The position numbers and the translations under genes were made by a program. The notes under the pieces are model-generated. The model ran no database searches, was not told the DNA's origin, and saw only the letters and a list, made by a program, of their open reading frames with translations. This document shows, one piece after another, positions 40,551 to 49,125 of a DNA stretch of 64,000 bases. The stretch lies in IMG/VR virus record IMGVR_UViG_3300021963_000023, positions 1 to 64,000 of that record; one strand, written 5' to 3'. Numbering within the stretch: position 1 is the first letter of the stretch; each line of letters starts with the position of its first letter.

Positions 40551-41231
40551 TTACGCAATAGCTGGAAGCTCTTTTTCATATAAAGCCTCAAAAAATAGTT
40601 TATTTTTTTCCCATTGCTTATTAACCATACCGATGGATTTGTGAGTTAAACTGATCTTGGTTGTAACACCAATTTTAACACCTTCTTTGAAGTTCTCATA
40701 ACAAAATGAAATATCATAGAAGTGAAACCCTTTGAACTCCTCATTAAACTGTTTTTTCAGTCTTCTCCTGTCAACCATAAAGAATAAACCATCAACAACC
40801 ACAACAGGCTTTAAAACGTCCACAAAGGACCCTTTGGAGTAATGGTTAACGTGTCTTTTACCTTCATGAAGATGGCCAACAACACCAAACATATTATCTC
40901 TACTATCCCACCATCTTCCGCTTGTTAATTTATCGGTACCGGCTATACCGATAATACCATATTCAGAATGTTTTTGAAATAACTTAACTATTTTGGGAGT
41001 TATGTTAGCTGTCTCCAAAATAAGATCATCATGCATAAAAACAATAATATCATTTTTAGCTTCTTTTAGCCCTATGTTATAAATTTCAGTTAATGAATTA
41101 ACACCATCATTTTCATAAATTAATATTTCAGTTTTTGGGTGTGAAAACATTCTCTCAACATGTTTGAGATAAACATCATCAATTTTTCTTGTGGATATTA
41201 CCACCGTTACTACTTCGTTAGTCTTCGACAT
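40551..41231 (-). CDS. GT2-like glycosyltransferase
   Basis: YN.G...IIVFMHDD, GIIGIAG, VVVDGLF, GFHFYD. Confidence 0.75.
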   Translation of the reverse strand: MSKTNEVVTVVISTRKIDDVYLKHVERMFSHPKTEILIYENDGVNSLTEIYNIGLKEAKNDIIVFMHDDLILETANITPKIVKLFQKHSEYGIIGIAGTDKLTSGRWWDSRDNMFGVVGHLHEGKRHVNHYSKGSFVDVLKPVVVVDGLFFMVDRRRLKKQFNEEFKGFHFYDISFCYENFKEGVKIGVTTKISLTHKSIGMVNKQWEKNKLFFEALYEKELPAIA

Positions 41232-41967
41232 ATGTTGCTATTATTTGTCCGTCATATTCTTTTAATTCTACAACGATTGGTTTATTAATTGGGTTATAAC
41301 CCGGATTACAAATTGAGGCGTTTACAAATAATGTATCATCAACTTGTTTATCACCATACCCTTCATGAATATGACCAAACACATTTAATGCTGGTTTAAC
41401 ACGTTCCACATGGAACCTGAGTAATTCACAACCAACATTTACATTGGGTTGTCTCCAATTATTAACAAGATCTAATATACCATTTGGTGGACCATGTGTA
41501 ATTAATACGTCGGTATCTTCCGGAATCATCAACCACTTCTCTTCTAATTCTTTCCCTGATCTTTCCAAATTAAATGCCCAATCATAAAACCATGGTTGCC
41601 ATGGCGATCCATAAATTTTAATAGGTCTTGAAAATTCTGGTCTTTCAATTATCATAAAATCATCTTCCAAATAATATACATCAGATTGTGCTAAATTCTC
41701 TGGCGCCATTAAATTACGTAACCAATCATAATCACGTTTGTGATGTGGTTTATTAACTTGTTCAAAACAATGATCATGATTACCTGAAATGAAAATCTTA
41801 GCATCAAATCCTTGAATGTTTTGAAACCAATAGATAAACTTGGTAACATCCTTTTCTCCTCCTCTATTTGAGATGTCACCAGCATGGATCAATATGTCTC
41901 CTGATGGAATTTCATGCAACATATTATCATGCAAGCTATGCGTATCTGATATACAAACTATTCTCAT
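41218..41967 (-). CDS. calcineurin-like metallophosphoesterase
   Basis: SDTH, HAGD, GNHD, THGPP, FGHIHE. Confidence 0.9.
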   Translation of the reverse strand: MRIVCISDTHSLHDNMLHEIPSGDILIHAGDISNRGGEKDVTKFIYWFQNIQGFDAKIFISGNHDHCFEQVNKPHHKRDYDWLRNLMAPENLAQSDVYYLEDDFMIIERPEFSRPIKIYGSPWQPWFYDWAFNLERSGKELEEKWLMIPEDTDVLITHGPPNGILDLVNNWRQPNVNVGCELLRFHVERVKPALNVFGHIHEGYGDKQVDDTLFVNASICNPGYNPINKPIVVELKEYDGQIIATYVED

Positions 41968-41998
41968 ATTACTAATATAGATATTTTTTGTTTAAATT

Positions 41999-42649
41999 TC
42001 AAATAATTTTCTTATTTTCTTTTCTATTGGTAAATAACATTTTATCGAATTTAACGAATTCAATCTTATTTTTATCTAGTACGTGTGATAACCCCAATCC
42101 CTCTCCATTACCGTTACCAATATATTGAGACGGCACTACAGTGCTTATCCAATCAAATATTGGTTTTATCTTTTCAAGATCAAATAAAACTTGTGACACA
42201 TTATTAATATTGGGAAAATAGAAAATCCACTCTAGTGGTAATTTTAAATGATTGTATTCTATTTTATTTAAATTAAAATAAAACAATAAATCTTTCCAAT
42301 AAAAGTCTTCAATATAGTTTATAAAAAGATCATTTTCCCAGTTGTCATAATAAAGTACATTTTTATCACCGGAAAAGTTTTTTATAAATTCATCATTTAC
42401 ATTACCTATCCAATCAGAGTCAATATATAACACATCTGTTTTATGCTTTTCTATTAACCTAAGTGAAAAAATTAATTTATCAAAATATGAAAAAATCTTA
42501 TTTTCATATAGTTGAGTATCATATCCAGTAAAAAAATTGGGGTTATCTGTTAATATTTTAATATCATATCCACGTTTTTTAAATCTATCTAAATGTGGTA
42601 AGCAAATTTTAGCATATTGTTCACCAACAGCAACAATTGATAAAATCAT
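41999..42649 (-). CDS. glycosyltransferase-like protein
   Basis: ILTDNP, YIDSD DxD motif. Confidence 0.5.
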   Translation of the reverse strand: MILSIVAVGEQYAKICLPHLDRFKKRGYDIKILTDNPNFFTGYDTQLYENKIFSYFDKLIFSLRLIEKHKTDVLYIDSDWIGNVNDEFIKNFSGDKNVLYYDNWENDLFINYIEDFYWKDLLFYFNLNKIEYNHLKLPLEWIFYFPNINNVSQVLFDLEKIKPIFDWISTVVPSQYIGNGNGEGLGLSHVLDKNKIEFVKFDKMLFTNRKENKKII

Positions 42650-43791
42650 TATATTAGACTTGAATTTTTTGTGAATATGGTATTATTGGTTATTTTCTCA
42701 TATAACAATTCTGCTTCCGAATATTTTGGTAATTTTAACCCTGGGTATATTTCTGCAAAATATTTGTGAACATTAATAACATACTCTTCACCAAATGTTT
42801 CGATTATTTCATTTATAACAATAACCTGCCATAGTTGATACCATTGCATAAATGAAAAATGGGTATACCCAAAGAATTTAAAATTAAGCATGTTTTTTAT
42901 ATCATCAATTGACACTATAGTGTGATCATTTAATTTTTGTTCATTACAGCACGAGCATCTAGATGTTGTTCTAAAATCAAACGGGAATTGTGTTTTGTAT
43001 ATACTAGGATTTGTTTTGGCTTGAGTTTCAAGGGTAATGGATAATGGAACATCTTTAAACAAAAATGTTTCATCTTTTTTAACCAGTTCTTTATAGTCTG
43101 ACTCACCAGACAAAAGATATTGATGTATCATTAATTGTTCTATATAACAAGGGCCCATTTCTTGTTTATCAATGACTTCCTTATTTTCATAATAATGTGC
43201 AATAGCTTGTTCACACGCAATTTTAAAATTTTTGTGATCTCTAACCAACACAATACTCATGTTTGGTATATGGGTGAAATTAAAATTAGTTTTAAGTTCT
43301 GTTGAATGTTTATCAAAAAGATCTAGGTATAATTTTAAATAAACGTGATTAATCCAAAAGTGATTATGACTATTTAATTTTTCATCTTTATTATTAATTA
43401 AAAACGGTATATGCTCACCTAAAGTACCTTTCATATTACTTAAGTGTTTCATATCCGGATGCGAGAATAAAAAAGAAGATTTAATTTGAGTGAAATCAAC
43501 CTTAGAAAAGAAAACGGAGTCCGTATCAATATGTAAAAAGGGTTCTTCTATTTCCTTATATGTGTAGATCTTGCTTAAGCTATATTGTGTGCAGTCTACG
43601 TTGTTTAATAATTCAGTGTTAATGGTTGTGTATGGGACACCAATTTTAGTTATTTGCTTCGCTTCTATTTCTGTTGTATATAGATGTATATTCCCATAAT
43701 GTTTTTTAGCATATAATGCACTCAGCATTTGAATGTATATCCTTTCTTTCCATATAATTTCTCTGGATGCAAATGTGTGAACTATTTTCAT
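42649..43791 (-). CDS. glycosyltransferase-like protein (DUF6734-like)
   Basis: HYGNIHLYT, KIYTY...EPFLHIDTD, IEQ. Confidence 0.55.
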   Translation of the reverse strand: MKIVHTFASREIIWKERIYIQMLSALYAKKHYGNIHLYTTEIEAKQITKIGVPYTTINTELLNNVDCTQYSLSKIYTYKEIEEPFLHIDTDSVFFSKVDFTQIKSSFLFSHPDMKHLSNMKGTLGEHIPFLINNKDEKLNSHNHFWINHVYLKLYLDLFDKHSTELKTNFNFTHIPNMSIVLVRDHKNFKIACEQAIAHYYENKEVIDKQEMGPCYIEQLMIHQYLLSGESDYKELVKKDETFLFKDVPLSITLETQAKTNPSIYKTQFPFDFRTTSRCSCCNEQKLNDHTIVSIDDIKNMLNFKFFGYTHFSFMQWYQLWQVIVINEIIETFGEEYVINVHKYFAEIYPGLKLPKYSEAELLYEKITNNTIFTKNSSLI

Positions 43792-43823
43792 AATAAAATA
43801 TACACATTTTTTAAATAAAAAAC

Positions 43824-43851
43824 AAAAAAAAAGTCAGAATTTCTTCTGACT
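43824..43851 (-). terminator. intrinsic terminator downstream of the large ncRNA
   Basis: AGTCAGAA-GAAA-TTCTGACT followed by a T-tract. Confidence 0.7.
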
Positions 43852-43926
43852 GGTTTTTCTTAAGGCCGAACGGTTTTAAAACGTTCCAATTCCACCACTT
43901 TGTTTTATTAAACAAAGAAAATAAAA

Positions 43927-44728
43927 AGGCTGAGATTACACCATTTAACGATTGACTTTGAGACATTATTTTTTTCTTCTCTTATCCACTACCTTTTGAG
44001 TAGTACCAATCAGCGACGGTCAATTAGATTAACCAATCCTTAAGTCGTTAGATACTCTTTTAATACTTATTACTCTTCGAGGTTGCCACCCCAATTAGTC
44101 CTTGCGGGACTAGAGAACTTTCTCAAAAATCATGTTGGGCTTGGGACCCCTTCATGGCCGAGAACCTCTCTCGACTGTGTAGTCACCTGTCTCCAACGAC
44201 TGACGAGCACTTTTCCTTTATTGTTTGTAGTTGTTAAACCAAAATTAACAAAGTTTGTTGGTTCCGAATGTGGAAAGTAGCGGCTCGTCTGCCAGCCAAG
44301 CCACCTTTTGAGCGACTCGATACTAAACTACTCTCTGAGATATCCCTATCTCCATATTTTTGGACTCCTTCGAAATTAAACTCTTGGTAGAATTTAACTA
44401 AGGATGACAACAGCACCACCTGTTTTTCACCATACCTTTCGGTTTTAAGACGCCCCTAATATTGAATCACACAATTATAAGATTGGAAATCCTACTTCTC
44501 GTAATAACTCTACAGATTATTCTTATTGGTGTTCCCACCTCAATCAAACAACTCGGATTGCTTGATCATCGAACCACTTTCCCTACAGTGTTACCCTCAG
44601 TACTTAAGGTTCAACGATATTCTGCTTGCCTACTCAAGATCCATTACTGAATCCGCAAAACACTTAACCAAATGCTTCACTTTATCCCACTTTCATGGTT
44701 TATTTTAATCGACCATAGGCGGCCAATA
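43927..44728 (-). ncRNA. large (~800 nt) structured ncRNA, GOLLD-like
   Basis: no credible ORF; GC-richer than flanks; many hairpins (ACC-GAAA-GGT, TAGTCC-CGCAA-GGACTA, CTAC-TCAAAAG-GTAG); own promoter and terminator; next to a phage tRNA array; size fits GOLLD; ends approximate. Confidence 0.65.
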
Positions 44729-44734
44729 TTTTTA

Positions 44735-44815
44735 AATCAAAGAACTATTTCTTGTTTTAGAAACCATCTATCTGATTTCTTTTACAAAGATACATAACAT
44801 TTTTGAAAAAACAAA
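44735..44815 (-). promoter_or_regulatory. Bacteroidetes promoter + boxA-like motif
   Basis: TTTG(44812-15)-N19-TATCTTTG(44785-92); AGTTCTTTGATT (44735-46). Confidence 0.7.
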
Positions 44816-44838
44816 CACTTTGTAAAAAATATTTTTTT

Positions 44839-45300
44839 TTATATTCTAACTAGGTGATTTGCGGCATAGGTTGTTAATGCGCCTAGGTGTTTATACCTAA
44901 CTTTATACCCCATACCTTCAACCATTCCAACAGCTTGTCTAAGAACAGAGTTTGACTTAAACCTTGAATCTGGATTTAAATCAATATCTATCCATGTTGG
45001 CTTTGGCAAACCGTTCTCTTTTAGATATTCCGCAATTTCAATGGATTTCCAAACTTCATTTAACAACCTAATTGGCATGTTATATTCCATTGGTAAAATC
45101 TCTTTATTACATAAAACGTGTGCACCTTTACCTGGAGTATATAGTGCAATCACAACACCATAAATTGTTTTTTTATGACCATAGCATTGTGAATCTGATC
45201 CAATAAGAATTTCCACCCCACTTCTTAGTGAAACATATTCTTTGATGTAATTGATTACATCTGGTACTGGTGTCCCGTAGAGTGTTTTAAATTCTTTCAT
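44839..45300 (-). CDS. RNase H-like YkuK/DUF458 family protein
   Basis: IGSDSQ, GKGA, RLLNEVWKS, IDIDLN, AANH. Confidence 0.8.
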   Translation of the reverse strand: MKEFKTLYGTPVPDVINYIKEYVSLRSGVEILIGSDSQCYGHKKTIYGVVIALYTPGKGAHVLCNKEILPMEYNMPIRLLNEVWKSIEIAEYLKENGLPKPTWIDIDLNPDSRFKSNSVLRQAVGMVEGMGYKVRYKHLGALTTYAANHLVRI

Positions 45301-45327
45301 TTTTTTTTAATTTAATTCATTTTATTG

Positions 45328-45499
45328 CTGTGGTAGCAGGATTCGAACCGTGCAGATGGAGATTCAATTAGTAACAAAGCGCTTGCAAGCCGGTGGTCTA
45401 CCCCGATATTACTAATCTATTTCTTTGTCCACGTCCGGGAGACAACCGGATGCGTTTGCCAAGGTCATAACTGAGACAACCAAATTTCGCCATACCACA
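45328..45499 (-). ncRNA. giant tRNA-like RNA (GUC anticodon, D-loop insert, ~80-nt variable arm)
   Basis: 7-bp acceptor UGUGGUA/UACCACA, UCCGG/CCGGA anticodon stem, GGUUCGAAUCC. Confidence 0.65.
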
Positions 45500-45593
45500 A
45501 TATTTGAACTAACTCGCTGGAAACCTTATAACTGATCTGATCAGCTTATGGGTTAAGTACTCCGTTTATGTTAGTTCCTCGTACTCCAAGTTG

Positions 45594-45677
45594 CGGAGAG
45601 TACTGGATTCGAACCAGTGCACCGATTGCTCGATGACAGTTTAGCAAACTGCTCCATTACCGCTCTGGCAACTCTCC
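45594..45677 (-). tRNA. tRNA-Ser(GCT)
   Basis: cloverleaf with long variable arm. Confidence 0.9.
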
Positions 45678-45682
45678 TAAAT

Positions 45683-45982
45683 TTATTTTTTAACTTTTCT
45701 TTTATTTAAAAATTCATAAAACTTATTTTCATAGTTTATAAAGTGTGTCATAGCAAACCATTTACCAAAAACACTACCACCTATATAAACAATAATAACA
45801 ACCCAATCACTTGCAAATAATCTTTCTAATGAAAAATATATTGAACCCAAAGAAACGAGATTAATCCATATTGAATTGAATACAAGTTGCTTAACCTTAT
45901 TCTCATAGGTATATTTTATTTCCATTGTTTTAAAAATGTTGAATAATACCTGAAAGAAAAACACTAATACATATAACCACAT
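45683..45982 (-). CDS. small three-TM membrane protein
   Basis: hydrophobic ORF between tRNAs. Confidence 0.7.
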   Translation of the reverse strand: MWLYVLVFFFQVLFNIFKTMEIKYTYENKVKQLVFNSIWINLVSLGSIYFSLERLFASDWVVIIVYIGGSVFGKWFAMTHFINYENKFYEFLNKRKVKK

Positions 45983-45998
45983 AACATCATTTTTTTTG

Positions 45999-46069
45999 TT
46001 GTCCCTCTAGGATTCGAACCTAAACAAACTGCACCAAAAACAGTTGTGCTACCGTTACACCAAAGGACA
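45999..46069 (-). tRNA. tRNA-Gln(TTG)
   Basis: cloverleaf. Confidence 0.88.
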
Positions 46070-46134
46070 ATATAATCATCACGGAGAATGTAGATTTTCA
46101 CTAACTCGATTTAGCGGCCTCTATGATGATTTTG

Positions 46135-46207
46135 AGCGAATAACAGGCTTCGAACCTGCAACCCCCAGTTTGGAAAACTAGTGCTCTACCAATTGAGCTA
46201 CATTCGC
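46135..46207 (-). tRNA. tRNA-Gly(TCC)
   Basis: cloverleaf. Confidence 0.9.
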
Positions 46208-46305
46208 ATTCATAGTAGGTATGTGAGTACCCACCTCACAACACTACTACGTTTTAATGGATGAAAAACATCTATCTTTCTTTCGGGCTACCATTAAGCC
46301 CCATG

Positions 46306-46379
46306 AGCTTCCTGTCAGAATCGAACTGACGACCTACTGATTACAAATCAGTCGCTCTGGCCTGCTGAGCTAAGGAAGC
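46306..46379 (-). tRNA. tRNA-Thr(TGT)
   Basis: cloverleaf. Confidence 0.9.
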
Positions 46380-46384
46380 GTTTG

Positions 46385-46458
46385 TGGACCAGCCTGGGCT
46401 CGAACCAGGGACCTATTCATTATGAGTGAAGTGCTCTAACCAACTGAGCTACAAGTCC
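46385..46458 (-). tRNA. tRNA-CAT (Ile2 or Met)
   Basis: cloverleaf, CTCATAA loop, Ile-like body. Confidence 0.85.
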
Positions 46459-46464
46459 AAAAGG

Positions 46465-46583
46465 TGCCGGTGGAAGGATTGCTTACCTCCACGGTGTCCA
46501 TTTCGGATACACCACCTATCTAGAATACGGGACGTCTAATAATTTCTATTCGAATTCAAAATTATTCATTCCGCCACACCGGC
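46465..46583 (-). ncRNA. aberrant tRNA-Leu-like RNA with D-loop hairpin insert and probable CUA anticodon
   Basis: GCCGGUG/CACCGGC acceptor, A73, long variable arm, loop UUCUAGA, non-canonical T-loop. Confidence 0.55.
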
Positions 46584-46591
46584 ATATATCT

Positions 46592-47131
46592 TTACTCTAC
46601 ATTAGTTGTTGGATCATACTGAAATTTAATATGTGTGAATCCAAGTTCTAAATTATTCGTTATTTCAATTTTATCTTCGTCAATGTTATATGAACACATG
46701 TCACAATTCCAAAGCGAATTCCTTAATCCTTCTTTAAATTTTTTCATGTCTTTAATCCCAATTAAATTAAACACACATTCTAAAGTTTCTGGTAGATATT
46801 TTTTTTCTAAAAACTTGTTATGATTAAAATATGCTTCCCATTTTTCTTTGTTTCCTGAATCACCTCTTTCATGTGTGCAACTGTTAAACCACTCATCATC
46901 TAGTCTATTATTTTCAATTTCATCTTTTTCACTTACCTTAATAACTTTTCTTGAATGGATCATATCAGTTGATAATGTTGGGAGGTGATTATCGACAATA
47001 TTTTCGCCAATATAATATCCTAATTGGTAATCCATACTTACATTCTCAAGATACTCTTCATTTTTTTTAATTTGACCAATCTTATATTCTGGTTTTTTTA
47101 TTTCTTCTAATATTTCTTCAAGCGATCTCAT
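46592..47131 (-). CDS. hypothetical protein
   Basis: 179-aa ORF within the tRNA array. Confidence 0.75.
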   Translation of the reverse strand: MRSLEEILEEIKKPEYKIGQIKKNEEYLENVSMDYQLGYYIGENIVDNHLPTLSTDMIHSRKVIKVSEKDEIENNRLDDEWFNSCTHERGDSGNKEKWEAYFNHNKFLEKKYLPETLECVFNLIGIKDMKKFKEGLRNSLWNCDMCSYNIDEDKIEITNNLELGFTHIKFQYDPTTNVE

Positions 47132-47158
47132 GTTAATTAAATTTATTTCATTTTATTG

Positions 47159-47239
47159 TTGGGATAGACGGACTCGAACCGCCGAACTCGATGAGAGCTG
47201 ATTTACAGTCAGCCGCAATTGCCACTATGCGATATCCCA
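47159..47239 (-). tRNA. tRNA-Tyr(GTA)
   Basis: cloverleaf with variable arm. Confidence 0.88.
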
Positions 47240-47247
47240 ATTTAATG

Positions 47248-47329
47248 TGACCAAGGAGAGACTCGAACTCTCAAGCCTTACGGCACCAGATCCTAAATCT
47301 GGCGTGTCTACCAATTCCACCACTCGGCC
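47248..47329 (-). tRNA. tRNA-Leu(TAG)
   Basis: cloverleaf. Confidence 0.92.
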
Positions 47330-47336
47330 ATTGTTG

Positions 47337-47409
47337 CGCTCCCTGAGGGTCACGATCCCCCGACCCCAAAATTAACAGTTTTGTGCTCTACCAACTGAGC
47401 TAAGGAAGC
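47337..47409 (-). tRNA. tRNA-Asn(GTT)
   Basis: cloverleaf; atypical T-loop ATCGTGA. Confidence 0.82.
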
Positions 47410-47414
47410 GAATG

Positions 47415-47489
47415 TAGGGTAAAGAGGACTCGAACCTCCACGATGTCTTGCTCCCAAAGCAAGCGGCCTAGCCATTGGCCCATTACCCT
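47415..47489 (-). tRNA. tRNA-Pro(TGG)
   Basis: cloverleaf. Confidence 0.85.
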
Positions 47490-47496
47490 ATTTTAG

Positions 47497-47570
47497 TGAT
47501 TCGGAAAGGATTCGAACCTTTGACCCCAAACTTAGAAGGTTTGTGCTCTATCCAGCTGAGCTACCGAACC
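47497..47570 (-). tRNA. tRNA-Arg(TCT)
   Basis: cloverleaf. Confidence 0.92.
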
Positions 47571-47685
47571 AATTAATGTAATGTCTGTACGGTTTGTATC
47601 AAATCCGCACCTTTATACGTGCTTCAAATGTTTCCATTTCATACATAGCGTCCGTTCCGTCACCTATTTCTAAGTCATTACATTG

Positions 47686-47770
47686 TACCTGGGGCGGGAC
47701 TTGAACCCGCACGGAACTTTCGTCCCAACAGATTTTAAGTCTGTCATGTATACCATTTCATCACCCAGGC
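47686..47770 (-). tRNA. tRNA-Leu(TAA)
   Basis: cloverleaf. Confidence 0.9.
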
Positions 47771-47786
47771 ATTTGTTTTTCCAATA

Positions 47787-47833
47787 TGTCAAAGAACTTT
47801 ATCAAATATAAGAATAATAAATTATAAAACAAA
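47787..47833 (-). promoter_or_regulatory. Bacteroidetes promoter + boxA
   Basis: TTTG-N19-TATATTTG (47803-47833), then AGTTCTTTGACA (47787-47798). Confidence 0.72.
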
Positions 47834-47863
47834 AAACCCGAACATTTTTAGTTGTTCGGGTTT
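47826..47863 (-). terminator. terminator of putative attenuator 2
   Basis: AAACCCGAACA/TGTTCGGGTTT plus T-tract. Confidence 0.75.
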
Positions 47864-47884
47864 CGATATTAGTTAAAAAAAGTA

Positions 47885-47992
47885 TTATCCTTTATTGATA
47901 TCCGAACATATGTAGCATAATGGTTGCACACCATACCCATTACCATTGTTAAGGGGTCTCGTACTTGTCAATATGTTATTTATATTCTTCAT
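47885..47992 (-). CDS. 35-aa putative leader peptide MKNINNILTSTRPLNNGNGYGVQPLCYICSDINKG
   Basis: read by eye; lies between a TATCTTTG promoter (48011-48018) and a terminator. Confidence 0.55.
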   Translation of the reverse strand: MKNINNILTSTRPLNNGNGYGVQPLCYICSDINKG

Positions 47993-48041
47993 CGTTTTAA
48001 TAAGTATACGCAAAGATAAGAAAAAACTGAATACTAAAAAA

Positions 48042-48455
48042 TTATTTTATTTTATAAGATAAACCAATTCCTGGTGAAAAATTAGAACCCACTAAATTTC
48101 CTATTATCCATAGTTTCAAATCAGAAGATTTTAATGCGTTATACCCAATAAATGCGTTTATCTTGTTTTCGTTATTAACTGGTTGTATACCAGCCCCGAT
48201 TAAAATTTTATCGGGTTGTAACATTTTTAAAATTCCTAATTTTAAATTCGACGTGATTGAACCAGTTTTTTGGTTTGCCAAATTTGTGTCATTGTAAGGT
48301 GCTCCGACGTATAACCCCCACGTGTTTTTTAATGCGCCGACCGTAATGTAACCATCTAATCCTTTGTTTGTTGCTGATACGAACACTTCTTTTTGTCCGT
48401 AGGTCACTGCCTTCACTCCCAATAGCATCATGACCAATATAATTTTTAGTTTCAT
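48042..48455 (-). CDS. small secreted beta-strand/barrel-like protein
   Basis: signal peptide; C-terminal GIGLSYKIK. Confidence 0.65.
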   Translation of the reverse strand: MKLKIILVMMLLGVKAVTYGQKEVFVSATNKGLDGYITVGALKNTWGLYVGAPYNDTNLANQKTGSITSNLKLGILKMLQPDKILIGAGIQPVNNENKINAFIGYNALKSSDLKLWIIGNLVGSNFSPGIGLSYKIK

Positions 48456-48512
48456 CTATGTAGAGACCGTAGTCTCTGTCTATCTTAATAAATATAAAGA
48501 TAAATTTGTTTG

Positions 48513-48584
48513 TACTCGGTACGGGATTCGAACCCGTGCTACGTCCGTGAAAGGGACGCGACCTAACCACTAGTCGAACCGAGC
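48513..48584 (-). tRNA. tRNA-Glu(TTC)
   Basis: cloverleaf. Confidence 0.92.
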
Positions 48585-48589
48585 AATCA

Positions 48590-49018
48590 TTAATGATTTT
48601 TATGATTACCCTTGTGATTATCAATTAAAGGAAATTTTAAACCAAACGTTTTTAATTCTTTATCAGTTGATTGAGAATAAACAAAACTAATTGGAGAATT
48701 TTTTATTGGTTTAAAATCAATACCCCACATTGCCATAGTTGAGTGATTTTGCATATAACAAGCGGATAGCATTGCCCCAACTCTATTTTTTAAAAATCCA
48801 TATCTACTTCCCACCATTGTAATATCATAACCACCAATCGTTTTTGTAAAAGATATATGGGCCGCAATGTTTTTTGTTATGTTTTGCATTGCTTCAACTT
48901 CTATATAACCTTTATTCTTTCCGTGTAGATTTAGATTACCTCCCGTAACCGAAATCATTTGTCCTTTTGCAATTGTAGAAAGAAATACAACACATAGGAT
49001 TAAAAATGAATGTTTCAT
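48590..49018 (-). CDS. small secreted beta-strand/barrel-like protein
   Basis: signal peptide; alternating beta pattern, TFGLKFPL. Confidence 0.65.
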   Translation of the reverse strand: MKHSFLILCVVFLSTIAKGQMISVTGGNLNLHGKNKGYIEVEAMQNITKNIAAHISFTKTIGGYDITMVGSRYGFLKNRVGAMLSACYMQNHSTMAMWGIDFKPIKNSPISFVYSQSTDKELKTFGLKFPLIDNHKGNHKNH

Positions 49019-49035
49019 ATATTTTATTTTTTTTT

Positions 49036-49125
49036 TGGCGGAGGCTCAGGGATTCGAACCCCAGATACCGTTTCCGGTATGACGGTTTTCAAGACCGTTC
49101 CATTCAACCACTCTGGCAAGCCTCC
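49036..49125 (-). tRNA. tRNA-Ser(TGA)
   Basis: cloverleaf, encoded CCA. Confidence 0.93.

Noticed and set aside
44083-44708. Four short ORFs (60-65 aa) in the ORF track
   Set aside because: They lie within the structured large ncRNA, have atypical composition and mostly non-ATG starts
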